64,000 nt of DNA, from assembly GCA_028282885.1 (NCBI GenBank), contig JANQGX010000089.1, positions 18,301-82,300 on the forward strand. Direction: 5' to 3'. Below, one piece after another: positions 1 through 10,190 of this stretch. The notes under the pieces were generated by a model. That model made no database searches, was not told the DNA's origin, and saw nothing but the letters and a program-made list of their open reading frames with translations. Position 1 is the stretch's first letter; each line of letters begins with the position of its first letter. The position numbers and the translations under genes are program-made. The stretch is from SAR324 cluster bacterium (GTDB taxonomy: Bacteria; SAR324; XYD2-FULL-50-16).

Positions 1-228
1 GCATCCAAAAAAGAGTCTTTGGAATACTACTCCGCAGCCAAATCCTACGGAAATCAAATAGAACGTCGTAACCAGCAGATGATGACCTCAGCAGCTTTGT
101 CGCTGGTCGCTTTTGCTGCCTGGTACTGGTTTGATCCTGAACCGGTTGAAAAACCTGTGGAGTTGTCAGTGCGTCCCCTTATCATAAATGATTCATCCTT
201 TGGTTTGGGAATGAGTCTCAAGTGGTAG
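1..228 (+). CDS. 3' end of a hypothetical membrane/envelope protein (5'-truncated by window edge)
   Basis: Frame 1 is open from base 1 to TAG 228. It has a hydrophobic stretch (AALSLVAFAAWYWF) and a C-terminal amphipathic strand ending in W (FGLGMSLKW). Confidence 0.6.
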   Translation, partial: ASKKESLEYYSAAKSYGNQIERRNQQMMTSAALSLVAFAAWYWFDPEPVEKPVELSVRPLIINDSSFGLGMSLKW

Positions 229-362
229 TGAAAATTCCGGGATCATGAGACCGATCGGATTAAATCACTGTAGTCTGATGAAATTACTGGCAATAGCTGA
301 TTATCGGCTAGCGGTTTCAAACAAAGCTTTTCATGAATCCACAACGCATCATGGGTAATAAA

Positions 363-2129
363 ATGAAAAATCGACTTAAAATATTAATCGCCATCTTCAG
401 ATATTTGATGATGGAATTTCAGTGGATACGCTTGAAAAAGGTTAATACTGTGTCTCTTGATCCATTAGCCATTCAACGAATACATCATACTTCAGGAAAC
501 GGGAAAACGGGTACGATACAATCCCCGCTCTTCACGCCTCAATCAGAGTTGAGTTCTTCCCGAAAAACATTGACCATAAATATTACCGGGAGTCTGGGTA
601 GAACAGGATTGATTTTTCTCATAACAGTGATCGCTGTTCTATTCCATGCCTGCAAAACCGGGGATTCATCGGTAAATTCTTCAAACTCCTATGTGGATAC
701 CACCAGCCCCACCATAACAGAAATTTCACCCGCCAACGGCTCCAGCACGATCAGGGGAGGAGCCATCACGGTGATATTTTCCGAGGAGATGGACCCTTCT
801 ACCCTCACCACCAACACTACGGACAACACCTGCTCAGGTACTATCCAGGTATCCAATGATGATTTCACAACCTGTATTCAGATGGCGGCGGAACCTTCCT
901 CTGATACATCAAACTCCGTTTTCACCATAAAACCCGCATCCGTTCTGGATCGTTCGGAAACCTACACTATAAAAATCGCTTCGACTGCCAGCGATATCGC
1001 CAACAATAGAATGACAATCGATGCAATGTCTTCATTTGATATCTCTCATGCCACAGATTTATCGATTCATTTTTTTGAAACTTGTGCCTTGATGAATGAT
1101 GGATCTGTCTATTGCTGGGGACGTGTTCTTAGATCAACAAAATTCTGGGAACGAATTGTAGAATCACCGGAAAAAATTGAAGGCACTTCCAATGCAAGAC
1201 AGCTTTCTGTTAGCCGGGAAAAATGCATAATCGATGGAGATAGTAAAGTTAAGTGCTGGGGGACTTGTACGGACGAAGTGTCAATAGAACCAAGACTCGT
1301 CCAAAACCTCAATAATGCAGTGGAAGTGGCATCTGGCGAGTTTTGTTTTGCCTGCGCCAGACTCGATGATGGCACAGTTAAATGTTGGGGCAATAATTTT
1401 TTCGGTCAATTAGGCAATGGAGTGGCAACTATTGACGAAACAGACACCCGCCATGAAACACCTGTCAAAGTAGGCGGTATTGAAGATGCCGTGCAGATTC
1501 AGGCAGGTTACGCTCATGCCTGTACACTCCACGAGAATGGGACTGTTTCCTGTTGGGGAAATAACATTGAGGGACAAACAGGATCGCCTTTCGCTTCATC
1601 TGGAGATGCAATCATACAGCCAACTCCAGTTCGTGTTAACGATCTTTCCGAAGTAAGAAAAATATCTCTTGGCGACAATTATGCCTGTGCCGTCCTGGAA
1701 GATGGCGCGGTAAAATGCTGGGGCAGTAATGCGGGAGGACAGTTGGGTAGCGGAATTGCATATTTGAACAGCAGTTATGTACCGATAACGATTGAAGGGA
1801 TTTCCGGCGCAGTTGATATATTCACCGGAAGAAATCATGTTTGTGCTCTACTTACAGACGGATCGACGAAATGTTGGGGAGATAATTCCTACTCACAACT
1901 TGGAATAGAAGATACTGATTCTGACAGTATTCCCTCAACAAAAATTGAGTTATATCCAGTAACAATACCCCATACATCCGGTATGACACAACTTGCCACA
2001 GGTGGACATAACACCTGTGGTTTGTATGAAGACCATAGTGTCAAATGCTGGGGTTCAAACAGCTATAGACAACTTGGAGAAGTTGACATAACCGAATCAG
2101 TACTCCCGATTACCATTGAAGAGTTGTAA
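363..2129 (+). CDS. Ig-like (SbsA/Big_5) + RCC1-repeat beta-propeller lipoprotein, copy 1
   Basis: Lipobox LFHA-C, Ig-like DTTSPTITEISPANG...FSEEMD, and seven RCC1/BLIP-II-type CA.L.DG.VKCWG repeats. Start placed at MKN (363) by analogy to copies 2 and 3; the ORF is open from 333. Confidence 0.85.
   Translation: MKNRLKILIAIFRYLMMEFQWIRLKKVNTVSLDPLAIQRIHHTSGNGKTGTIQSPLFTPQSELSSSRKTLTINITGSLGRTGLIFLITVIAVLFHACKTGDSSVNSSNSYVDTTSPTITEISPANGSSTIRGGAITVIFSEEMDPSTLTTNTTDNTCSGTIQVSNDDFTTCIQMAAEPSSDTSNSVFTIKPASVLDRSETYTIKIASTASDIANNRMTIDAMSSFDISHATDLSIHFFETCALMNDGSVYCWGRVLRSTKFWERIVESPEKIEGTSNARQLSVSREKCIIDGDSKVKCWGTCTDEVSIEPRLVQNLNNAVEVASGEFCFACARLDDGTVKCWGNNFFGQLGNGVATIDETDTRHETPVKVGGIEDAVQIQAGYAHACTLHENGTVSCWGNNIEGQTGSPFASSGDAIIQPTPVRVNDLSEVRKISLGDNYACAVLEDGAVKCWGSNAGGQLGSGIAYLNSSYVPITIEGISGAVDIFTGRNHVCALLTDGSTKCWGDNSYSQLGIEDTDSDSIPSTKIELYPVTIPHTSGMTQLATGGHNTCGLYEDHSVKCWGSNSYRQLGEVDITESVLPITIEEL
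646..885 (+). repeat. ~240 bp near-identical block (lipobox + Ig domain) repeated at ~2384-2620 and ~4166-4402
   Basis: GCCTGYAAAACCGGGGATTC...TCCAATGATGATTTCA...CAGATGGC is visible in all three copies. Confidence 0.9.
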
Positions 2130-2194
2130 CACCTGGCAAAAAAACCAGTAACCCTAAATATCTCTCGAAAACAGCAATTCTTTCGGAGAACAAG

Positions 2195-3865
2195 ATGAAA
2201 AATCAACATAACTCATTGATCACAATAGTTCAGACTTTATTAAAAATCACATGCAGATTTAGATTTCTTTGTCGGCCTTTTCACAACAATCAGTCCGAAA
2301 TGGATAGTCAAAAACTGGCATTCAGTATTGGCAGCATAATTGTGCAGTCATTATTGTTTGTTTCGATCTGCATTTTGCTTAACGCCTGCAAAACCGGGGA
2401 TTCGTCGGTACGTTCTTCAGACTCTTATGTGGACACTACCAGCCCCACCATAACAGAAATCTCACCCGCCAACGGCTCCAGCACGATCAGGGGAGGATCT
2501 ATCACCGTGACATTTTCCGAGGAGATGGATCCTTCTACCCTCACCACCAACACTACGGACAACACCTGTTCAGGTACCATCCAGGTATCCAATGATGATT
2601 TCAGCACCTGTGTCCAGATGGCAGGGGAGCCAACCTCCGATGTTCAAAACGTCAGATTTAGTAGTGTACCCATGACAGGATTTGAGTATGACGGGACCTA
2701 TCAGATCAAAATCGACTCCACAGTTAGTGATATCAGCGGTGAAGCACTGGAAAACAGTTTTAACTCAAGTTTTACCATTTCCCATGTAAAACAATTGTCG
2801 GTAGGAGGCTTGAGAACTTGTGCATTATTGAATGATGGGTCCGTCTATTGTTGGGGAAGAAATCCAAAATGGGGAACTGATGACTGGTTTAGAATCTCTA
2901 AAAAACCGGAAAAGGTGGAAGGGATTGCTAACGCAAAAATACTTTCCGCACATATCGAGAAGTGTATTATAAATGATGAAGGTGAGGTGCAATGCTGGAG
3001 TGGTGTACCTGGTCATTTCCTCACTGCTCCCAGATTGATATCAAACATCGCCAATGCAATAGATATACAATCCAGTACTACGTTTTCATGTGCCCTGCTA
3101 GCGGAAGGAACTGTCAAATGTTGGGGCAATAATTTTTTCGGTCAATTGGGCATTGGAGTGACAGCTATGGACAAAACAGACACCCGCCATGAAACACCTG
3201 TCAAAGTAAGCGGGATTGAAAATGTTATTCAAATTCAGACTGGTTCCAGTCATGCCTGTGCACTGCATCAGAACGGAATTGTTTACTGCTGGGGGGACAA
3301 CTTTTATGGACAAGTTGGGGCTCCCTTCACATCAACCGGAGATCCCGATATTCGGCCAACCCCGGTTCGTGTTGCCAACCTTTCCAATGTCAGCAAAATA
3401 GCTCTTGGCAGCAGTTATGCCTGTGCCGTCCTGGAAGATAGCACGGTAAAATGCTGGGGCAGTAATGAGGGAGGACAGTTGGGTAGCGGAATTGAACATG
3501 TGTACGGCAGTTATGTACCGATAACGATTGAAGGGATTTCCGGTGCCACAGATGTTTTCACCGGCATGAAACACGTCTGTGCTCTCTTGATTGATAGGTC
3601 AGTCAAATGTTGGGGAGACAATTCCCTCTCACAACTCGGGATCGAAGATACCGATTCTGATAATGATCCCACAAAAGAAATTGAACTATATCCTGTGACC
3701 ATGCCTCATACATCCGGTCTGACACGACTCGTTACTGGAGTATATATCACTTGCGGTATATACGATGACTACAGTGTCAAATGCTGGGGCTCAAATGATT
3801 TTGGACAACTTGGAGAAGTTGACATAACTGAATCTGTTTTACCGATTACCATTAATGAGTTGTAA
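2195..3865 (+). CDS. Ig-like + RCC1-repeat lipoprotein, copy 2
   Basis: GGAGA RBS before ATG, lipobox LLNA-C, same architecture as copy 1. Alternative start at 2300 (MDSQK). Confidence 0.87.
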   Translation: MKNQHNSLITIVQTLLKITCRFRFLCRPFHNNQSEMDSQKLAFSIGSIIVQSLLFVSICILLNACKTGDSSVRSSDSYVDTTSPTITEISPANGSSTIRGGSITVTFSEEMDPSTLTTNTTDNTCSGTIQVSNDDFSTCVQMAGEPTSDVQNVRFSSVPMTGFEYDGTYQIKIDSTVSDISGEALENSFNSSFTISHVKQLSVGGLRTCALLNDGSVYCWGRNPKWGTDDWFRISKKPEKVEGIANAKILSAHIEKCIINDEGEVQCWSGVPGHFLTAPRLISNIANAIDIQSSTTFSCALLAEGTVKCWGNNFFGQLGIGVTAMDKTDTRHETPVKVSGIENVIQIQTGSSHACALHQNGIVYCWGDNFYGQVGAPFTSTGDPDIRPTPVRVANLSNVSKIALGSSYACAVLEDSTVKCWGSNEGGQLGSGIEHVYGSYVPITIEGISGATDVFTGMKHVCALLIDRSVKCWGDNSLSQLGIEDTDSDNDPTKEIELYPVTMPHTSGLTRLVTGVYITCGIYDDYSVKCWGSNDFGQLGEVDITESVLPITINEL

Positions 3866-3931
3866 CACCCGATAGAAAAAATCGGTGTCACTAGATATTT
3901 CTCGAAAACTGCACCTCTTTCGGAGAATAAG

Positions 3932-5641
3932 ATGAAAAATCAACTCGATTCATTGATTATAAAAACTCAAACTTTGTTAAAATTTATAAGCAGATTTCTT
4001 GATCGACCTATTTACAACAATCAGTTTTGCAGAATAAGGGCCAGGATCTCAATACAAAACAAAATAGACAAGCATTCCGAAATGGATAGTCAAAAACTGG
4101 CATTCAGTATTGGCAGCATAATTGTGCAGTCATTACTGTTTGTTTCGATCTGCATTTCGCTTAACGCCTGTAAAACCGGGGATTCATCGGTAAGCTCTTC
4201 AGACTCCTATGTGGACACCACCAGCCCCACTATAACAGAAATTTCACCCGCTAACGGCTCCAGCACGATCAGGGGAGGATCTATCACAGTAACATTTTCC
4301 GAGGAGATGGATACTTCAACCATCACCACCAACACCACGGACAACACCTGCTCAGGTACCATCCAGGTATCCAATGATGATTTCAACACCTGTGTTCAGA
4401 TGGCAGAAGAGCCAACCTCTGATGTTCAACATATCAAATTTAGTGTGGTACCGATTTCAGGATTTGAATATGACGGGACCTATCAGATCAAAATCGGCTC
4501 CACAGTTAGTGATATCAGCGGTGCAGCACTGCAAAATAGTTTTAATTCAAGTTTTACCATTTCCCATGTAAAACAATTGTCGGTAGGCGTTTTGGGAACT
4601 TGTGCATTATTGAATGATGGTTCTGTCTACTGCTGGGGAAGAAATCCAAAATTGGGGATTGATGACTGGTTCAGAATTTCTGAGAAACCGGAAAAGGTGG
4701 AAGGGATTGTCAACGCAAAAATACTCTCTGCGAATATCGAGAAGTGTATTATAAATGATGAAGATGAGGTGCAATGCTGGAGTGGTGCACCGGATTATTT
4801 CCTCACTGCACCCAAATTGATATCTAATATCGCCAATCCAATAGATATACAATCCAGTACCTCTTTTTCTTGTGCCTTGCTAGCAGAAGGAGCTGTCAAA
4901 TGTTGGGGAAATAACTACTATGGTCAATTGGGCAATGGGACGTTAGAAGCGTCTGAAGGTTCATATCACGAAGTACCTTTTTCGGTTCTTAGTATCATTG
5001 ACGCTGTCCAGATTCAAACAGGAACTTTGCATGCCTGTGCTCTTCGTCAGAATAACACTGTATCTTGCTGGGGAGCTAATGACGCAGGTCAAATCGGAGT
5101 TACCAGAGACCCCACCATAAATACTCCGAAACATCCCACGCCAGTTCAAGTTCCAAATTTGACAGATGTAGAGAAAATCGCCCTTGAAGGCGATTACTCC
5201 TGTGCCTTACTAAAAGATGGTACGGTAAAATGCTGGGGCTGGAACGATTCAAGAATTCTTGGAGCCGGTACAACTGACTCCTCCTGTGACACTCCAATTG
5301 CCATAGAAGGAATTAACGATGCAATAGATATATATGCCGGTTATTTGCATGCATGTGTAATAACAACTGATGCTTCGGTAAAATGTTGGGGTGGGAACTT
5401 CTATTCTCAACTCGGGGTAGAAGATACCGACTCTGACAATGATCCGGATACTGAGTTTGAAATCTATCCAATTGAAATGCCTTTCAGTACAAACTTGGTT
5501 CAACTCGCTCTCGGTAGTAATGCCACATGTGGATTATATGAAGATCACTCTGTAAAATGTTGGGGTTGTAATTATTTTGGACACCTAGGCGATATTAGCA
5601 TCTCGGAATCGCGGTTGCCGATCACAATTGAAGAGTTGTGA
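3932..5641 (+). CDS. Ig-like + RCC1-repeat lipoprotein, copy 3
   Basis: GGAGA RBS, lipobox SLNA-C, same architecture. Alternative start at 4082. Confidence 0.87.
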   Translation: MKNQLDSLIIKTQTLLKFISRFLDRPIYNNQFCRIRARISIQNKIDKHSEMDSQKLAFSIGSIIVQSLLFVSICISLNACKTGDSSVSSSDSYVDTTSPTITEISPANGSSTIRGGSITVTFSEEMDTSTITTNTTDNTCSGTIQVSNDDFNTCVQMAEEPTSDVQHIKFSVVPISGFEYDGTYQIKIGSTVSDISGAALQNSFNSSFTISHVKQLSVGVLGTCALLNDGSVYCWGRNPKLGIDDWFRISEKPEKVEGIVNAKILSANIEKCIINDEDEVQCWSGAPDYFLTAPKLISNIANPIDIQSSTSFSCALLAEGAVKCWGNNYYGQLGNGTLEASEGSYHEVPFSVLSIIDAVQIQTGTLHACALRQNNTVSCWGANDAGQIGVTRDPTINTPKHPTPVQVPNLTDVEKIALEGDYSCALLKDGTVKCWGWNDSRILGAGTTDSSCDTPIAIEGINDAIDIYAGYLHACVITTDASVKCWGGNFYSQLGVEDTDSDNDPDTEFEIYPIEMPFSTNLVQLALGSNATCGLYEDHSVKCWGCNYFGHLGDISISESRLPITIEEL

Positions 5642-5703
5642 CTTCACTGGAAATGATTGGTACGAGAGATTAACTATTTGTCGAGAACGAAACAAAAAAA
5701 TTC

Positions 5704-5738
5704 TTTATCTACGTGAGCTTGCAGCTCGCGTAGATAAA
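5704..5738 (-). terminator. Hairpin between convergent genes; intrinsic terminator for the minus-strand gene, possibly bidirectional
   Basis: TTTATCTACGTGAGCT-TGC-AGCTCGCGTAGATAAA is a 16-bp stem with one non-Watson-Crick pair. The A-run at ~5694-5700 gives a U-tract on the minus strand. Confidence 0.65.
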
Positions 5739-5779
5739 TGAGATGAGTCAGGATAAACATGGCTCGGTATGCCAATATC

Positions 5780-6541
5780 TCAATTATGGTTTTTGACTTT
5801 ACTCAGCACCACATACATCCTGGAAGCATTTCTTTCATTGGCGGGAAACAACCAGAACTTGTAGATCCTATAGAGTAGATTCTTCAATTGTCGTTGATTG
5901 AGGATGAAGAGGGGATTTGTCAGGATCTTGTTCATCACTTTGGCGACAATCGCGACTTTTTCAAAATAGACAACTTCATCAATCCTGAATATTCCCGACA
6001 CCGCTTTCTCCAGCATGGATATATTAAAATGTTGAAAATGCTTCTCTTCCAACGATTTGTTGATATGGGGCACCGTAAGAATCATTTTCCCATCTTGGTG
6101 TAGGAGGTTTGCGGCTGCCTTGATGAAATCTCTTACCTGATCGGGAGGAATGTGTTCCAGAACCTCAACCAGAGTTATCAGATCTGCTGTCTCTTCCAAA
6201 CGTGTTTTGGTTATGTCCATTTGTTCAAAACGAACCATCGGATTCATAGCCCTTGCCAGGCTTATCGCTTTTTCTGAGTAATCCACTCCCAGGATTTTCC
6301 TTCCTGGAAACTCGATAAACAGTTCCCTGACAAATCGACCATCTCCACAACCAATATCGATAACTGAGTTGAACTTAAAGTCTTTTATTCGGTTTATCAA
6401 AAATTCGACAGAGCTGGCATGGTATAACCCCCAGGTCCAGTTGAATGTCTGATTAAAACCTCCCCGGAATTCTGAAATATAGTGATAGGGAAAATAGTAT
6501 TCAAATTCCTGAATACTCTGTTTCGCAAGAGCTGTTTCCAT
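5780..6541 (-). CDS. Class I SAM-dependent methyltransferase
   Basis: Motif I VIDIGCGDG, GVDYS, and EVLEHI. Confidence 0.9.
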   Translation of the reverse strand: METALAKQSIQEFEYYFPYHYISEFRGGFNQTFNWTWGLYHASSVEFLINRIKDFKFNSVIDIGCGDGRFVRELFIEFPGRKILGVDYSEKAISLARAMNPMVRFEQMDITKTRLEETADLITLVEVLEHIPPDQVRDFIKAAANLLHQDGKMILTVPHINKSLEEKHFQHFNISMLEKAVSGIFRIDEVVYFEKVAIVAKVMNKILTNPLFILNQRQLKNLLYRIYKFWLFPANERNASRMYVVLSKVKNHN

Positions 6542-6856
6542 CTTTCCGGAGTGAAGAGTGTTTGGAAGTTCCCTGTTTTCCAGGCCATATTTCCGAAACT
6601 GTTATCGTTGATTCGTAGCGTAAGATTTGATGATTCAACTACTGTTATCCCAATATTAGAACTTGGTTAGAAATCTGAGCCGGCATTGAAAAATGATGAA
6701 TTTTATCGGATGCTGGTAAAAGATTGGAGTTGGTCTGGCTTCTGAAACACAAGATGTATGAGCTCACTCAATAAGCATCATCAGTTTCACGAGCTCGGTT
6801 GGTCTCATTGAATTGCGCTATTGAGCGATAAAACACATAAACAGGCATCAAATCTC

Positions 6857-7915
6857 ATGAAAATAGGATTTTTCGACCTGGGATTGAAGAATCCAACCAC
6901 AAAAGCTTCTTTCCAGGGAATGTATCAAAGCTTTTGGAATGCCCTCGAAGAAGTTGGAGCGAAAACCGAGCTTTTTTTCTCCGCAACAGATTCCGAATTA
7001 GACGTGATTGTCGTTCCACTGGGATCAGGGCAAGAGGTAAAGAGTGCACGTGTTCTGGCTAATAGTCGCTGTCCGGGGATCATTTACGTACCTCCTGCCA
7101 AAACCTGGTTTCGCAAATCATTTTTGCAACGTTGGAGACACAAAATCCTGTTTGCATACGGAACTGATGTCTCCGGTTATAGTGATGCCCGGTATAGATC
7201 ATTGGGGATTCCCTACCATCATTTTCCCTTTGCCAGCGACAAACAGGTATTCCGTCCCCTGGAAATAGAAAAATTGTATGACATCATCTTTGTAGGTAGT
7301 GCATCTTCCGGTGAAGGCAGACATAAATATATCGGTCCGCTCATGCAACGAGCCCGGGAAAAAAAGTGGAAGGTACTTCTGCTGGGAAACGGCTGGGATA
7401 AATATGGCTATACCACCCAGTTGGTCTCCCACGGTGAATTGCTTAATGCTATCTATAATTCCGGTCAAATCTGCATCAATATCGTCAACAAAGACCAGTT
7501 CTATAGCCCTCATCTTAGGCTGGATACCAACAATCGCCTGTTTGATCTGGCAATGGCGGGCTGTTTTCAGGTTGCCAATGCCCGCTTGCTTACCTCCAAG
7601 TACTTCGAAAGCGATGAAATCGTATCGGTAGATAATCCGCAACAATGGTTGGACCTTGTTGACTATTATCTGGATCACCCCGATGAGAGGACTGTGATTG
7701 CAGAAAGGTCAAGACAAAAAGCGTTGGCCGATCACTCCTGGGAAAAGAGATCCGCTGAGTTTTTGGGACTGGTTTATCACTATCTGAAACTGGCAAATAC
7801 CTCCGGTGTTAAAGATAATCGGGGCGTTTCTGCCTTGCAAAAGCTTGATACTGTTTTACCCCCGGGATATTGGATCATGTCAAAAGCCGGTAAACTGTTG
7901 AACAAACTCACCTGA
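6857..7915 (+). CDS. Glycosyltransferase (CgeB / Glyco_trans_1_2-like, GT-B)
   Basis: YDIIFVGS, YNSGQICINI, NNRLFDLAMAGCFQV and HSWEKR are typical CgeB-family motifs. The ORF is open from TTG 6821. Confidence 0.85.
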   Translation: MKIGFFDLGLKNPTTKASFQGMYQSFWNALEEVGAKTELFFSATDSELDVIVVPLGSGQEVKSARVLANSRCPGIIYVPPAKTWFRKSFLQRWRHKILFAYGTDVSGYSDARYRSLGIPYHHFPFASDKQVFRPLEIEKLYDIIFVGSASSGEGRHKYIGPLMQRAREKKWKVLLLGNGWDKYGYTTQLVSHGELLNAIYNSGQICINIVNKDQFYSPHLRLDTNNRLFDLAMAGCFQVANARLLTSKYFESDEIVSVDNPQQWLDLVDYYLDHPDERTVIAERSRQKALADHSWEKRSAEFLGLVYHYLKLANTSGVKDNRGVSALQKLDTVLPPGYWIMSKAGKLLNKLT

Positions 7916-8237
7916 AATCATTGCATTACAGCCAGCGACTATTAGTATTGAGAGCTTTATGCAAAGCCGAGGTCTGATCTGAGTTGAACAGATTAGCCTG
8001 TCCCTTTTCCCCATAGTTCACCTCCCACATCCATATCAAAACAACTATTGTGGGTTACTCCCCCTGTATCTCCTACCCTATGCGTGAATTAGTACACCTG
8101 CGACAATCCGTTTATTGAACATCAAATAATTTTTGTACATATTTGTTTGTGAATGTGTTACGGTATGAATAAGAACATCCGTTGAAGTAAAGGCATATCG
8201 GGCATTTCGAACATCTAACGACGTATTGGTACATCAC

Positions 8238-10190
8238 ATGCAGTCCTTAGCAACAGTTCGTTCCATAAAAAAAGCAAAAATTCTGATAGTGGAGGATGAA
8301 GCCATTGTCGTTGAGCATATTGAAGTAACCCTGAAATCATTCGGTTATGAAATCGCAGGAAGAACAAATACCGGTGAAGAGGCCATACAAATTGCCCAAA
8401 AAAACTCCCCTGACCTGATTTTAATGGACATCCGCCTGCGCGGAGAATTGGACGGCATTGAAGCGGCAAAACAGATTACAACCCTATCAGATATCCCTGT
8501 TGTTTTTCTTACTGCATTTGCTGATGATCAACTGGTTGAGAGAGCCAGGACTGTTCTTCCCTACGGTTATATTGTCAAACCGATTCAGAAAGGAACGCTG
8601 AAGGCCACCATCGAAATGGCCCTGTACATGGCAAAGATCGCAGGTGAAAGACAATTTATCGAAAAAGAACTCAGAGAAAGAGAGCGCTGGCTGAACAGTA
8701 CTTTTCAGCAGGCTGCGGTCGGTATAGCCCATGTCGATCTGGAAGGCCGTTTTCTGAGAGTTAACCAGCATTATTGTGAAATCATGGGATATGAGCAGGA
8801 TGAGTTGGTGGGGATCGGTTTGGAAGACATCTCACATCCCAAGTTTTTGGACGAAGAGTTTGAACATTTCAACAAACTGATCGAGAACAGAATGGATTCC
8901 TTTACCCAGGAAAAGATAAACATCAGAAAAGATCAGTCAGAGGTCTGGGTTCGTCTCAGTGCATCATGCGTCAAAGACCAGGATGGCAAAATTGATTTCA
9001 TAATTGTCATCATCGAAGATATAACCAGAAGAAAAAACCTGGAAAAAATGCTTCAACAAACCCAGAAAATGGAGGCAATTGGAACCCTTGCCGGAGGTAT
9101 TGCTCACGACTTCAACAATATTTTGCATCCGGTGATCGGGTTTTCAAAACTTGGCATACGCGCAACAGAGGAGGATGAAAAAACCCACAGCTATTTCAAA
9201 GTCATTTACGATGCCACCAATCGAGCCAAACATCTGGTTAAGCAAATCCTCACCTTCAGTCGTCAAAATGAACCTATCCTACAACCCGTTCTACTAACAC
9301 CAGTAGTAAAGGAAACTGTCAAAATGCTGAGATCCAGCCTGCCGACCACTATTAATCTGCTCGGTGAGATATCGGATCAAACAGACCCGATCAAAGCTGA
9401 TGTAACACAAGTACATCAGATCATAATGAATCTCGGAACCAACGCATTTCATGCTGTTGAGGATAAAGGAGGCGATATTAAGATTGTTTTTCAGCCTCTG
9501 GAAGTCGAAATCGAAACCGATGCTTACCCGGACCTGAAACCTGGTCACTACTATCGTTTGTCAGTCATCGACAACGGTCACGGAATTCCCGACAACATCA
9601 AACACAAAATTTTCGATCCTTATTTTACAACCAAGGGTCAAAATAAAGGGACTGGACTTGGCCTTTCGGTGGTGAAAGGGATTGTGGATTCGCATAATGG
9701 CAAATTAATCGTGAAAAGCTCACCCGAAACAGGAACAGAATTTAATGTTTTGTTTCCTTTGTCCGAGGAACAGATCCCACAGAAAAAGAAGAAGGCGGTG
9801 GCAATCGAAATAAAGGGGAACGAGCGGATCATGGTTGTGGACGATGAGGAAAACATTGTCTTCCTTTTGTCTGAATCACTCAAATCAATGGGTTATAAAG
9901 TCAGCGCTAAAACTGCTAGCCGGGATGCTTTCGATGAATTTAAAACCAATCCCGCCAACATCGATCTGGTCATCACAGACATGACCATGCCCTACAAGAC
10001 CGGATTCGAGCTGGCCAGGGACTTACTCGAGATCAGGCCTGATCTGCCCGTCATTCTTTGCACGGGCTACAATGAGAGAATTAGCGAGGAAAAAGCAATC
10101 TCAATTGGTATCAGAAAGTTCTTGAATAAACCGATTGATCAGGATGTTTTGGCAAGTGTTATCAGAGAGGAGCTGGATCGATGTCGCTGA
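8238..10190 (+). CDS. Hybrid histidine kinase REC-PAS-HisKA-HATPase-REC
   Basis: ILIVEDE/LMDIRL, H-box IAHDFNN, FTTK/GTGLGLS, and C-terminal VVDDE/ITDMTMP. Start could be TTG 8226. Confidence 0.92.
   Translation: MQSLATVRSIKKAKILIVEDEAIVVEHIEVTLKSFGYEIAGRTNTGEEAIQIAQKNSPDLILMDIRLRGELDGIEAAKQITTLSDIPVVFLTAFADDQLVERARTVLPYGYIVKPIQKGTLKATIEMALYMAKIAGERQFIEKELRERERWLNSTFQQAAVGIAHVDLEGRFLRVNQHYCEIMGYEQDELVGIGLEDISHPKFLDEEFEHFNKLIENRMDSFTQEKINIRKDQSEVWVRLSASCVKDQDGKIDFIIVIIEDITRRKNLEKMLQQTQKMEAIGTLAGGIAHDFNNILHPVIGFSKLGIRATEEDEKTHSYFKVIYDATNRAKHLVKQILTFSRQNEPILQPVLLTPVVKETVKMLRSSLPTTINLLGEISDQTDPIKADVTQVHQIIMNLGTNAFHAVEDKGGDIKIVFQPLEVEIETDAYPDLKPGHYYRLSVIDNGHGIPDNIKHKIFDPYFTTKGQNKGTGLGLSVVKGIVDSHNGKLIVKSSPETGTEFNVLFPLSEEQIPQKKKKAVAIEIKGNERIMVVDDEENIVFLLSESLKSMGYKVSAKTASRDAFDEFKTNPANIDLVITDMTMPYKTGFELARDLLEIRPDLPVILCTGYNERISEEKAISIGIRKFLNKPIDQDVLASVIREELDRCR

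Noticed and set aside
363-5641. Diversity-generating retroelement behind the RCC1 variation
   Set aside because: No reverse transcriptase in the window, differences are not adenine-specific, and all repeats lie inside full paralogous genes.
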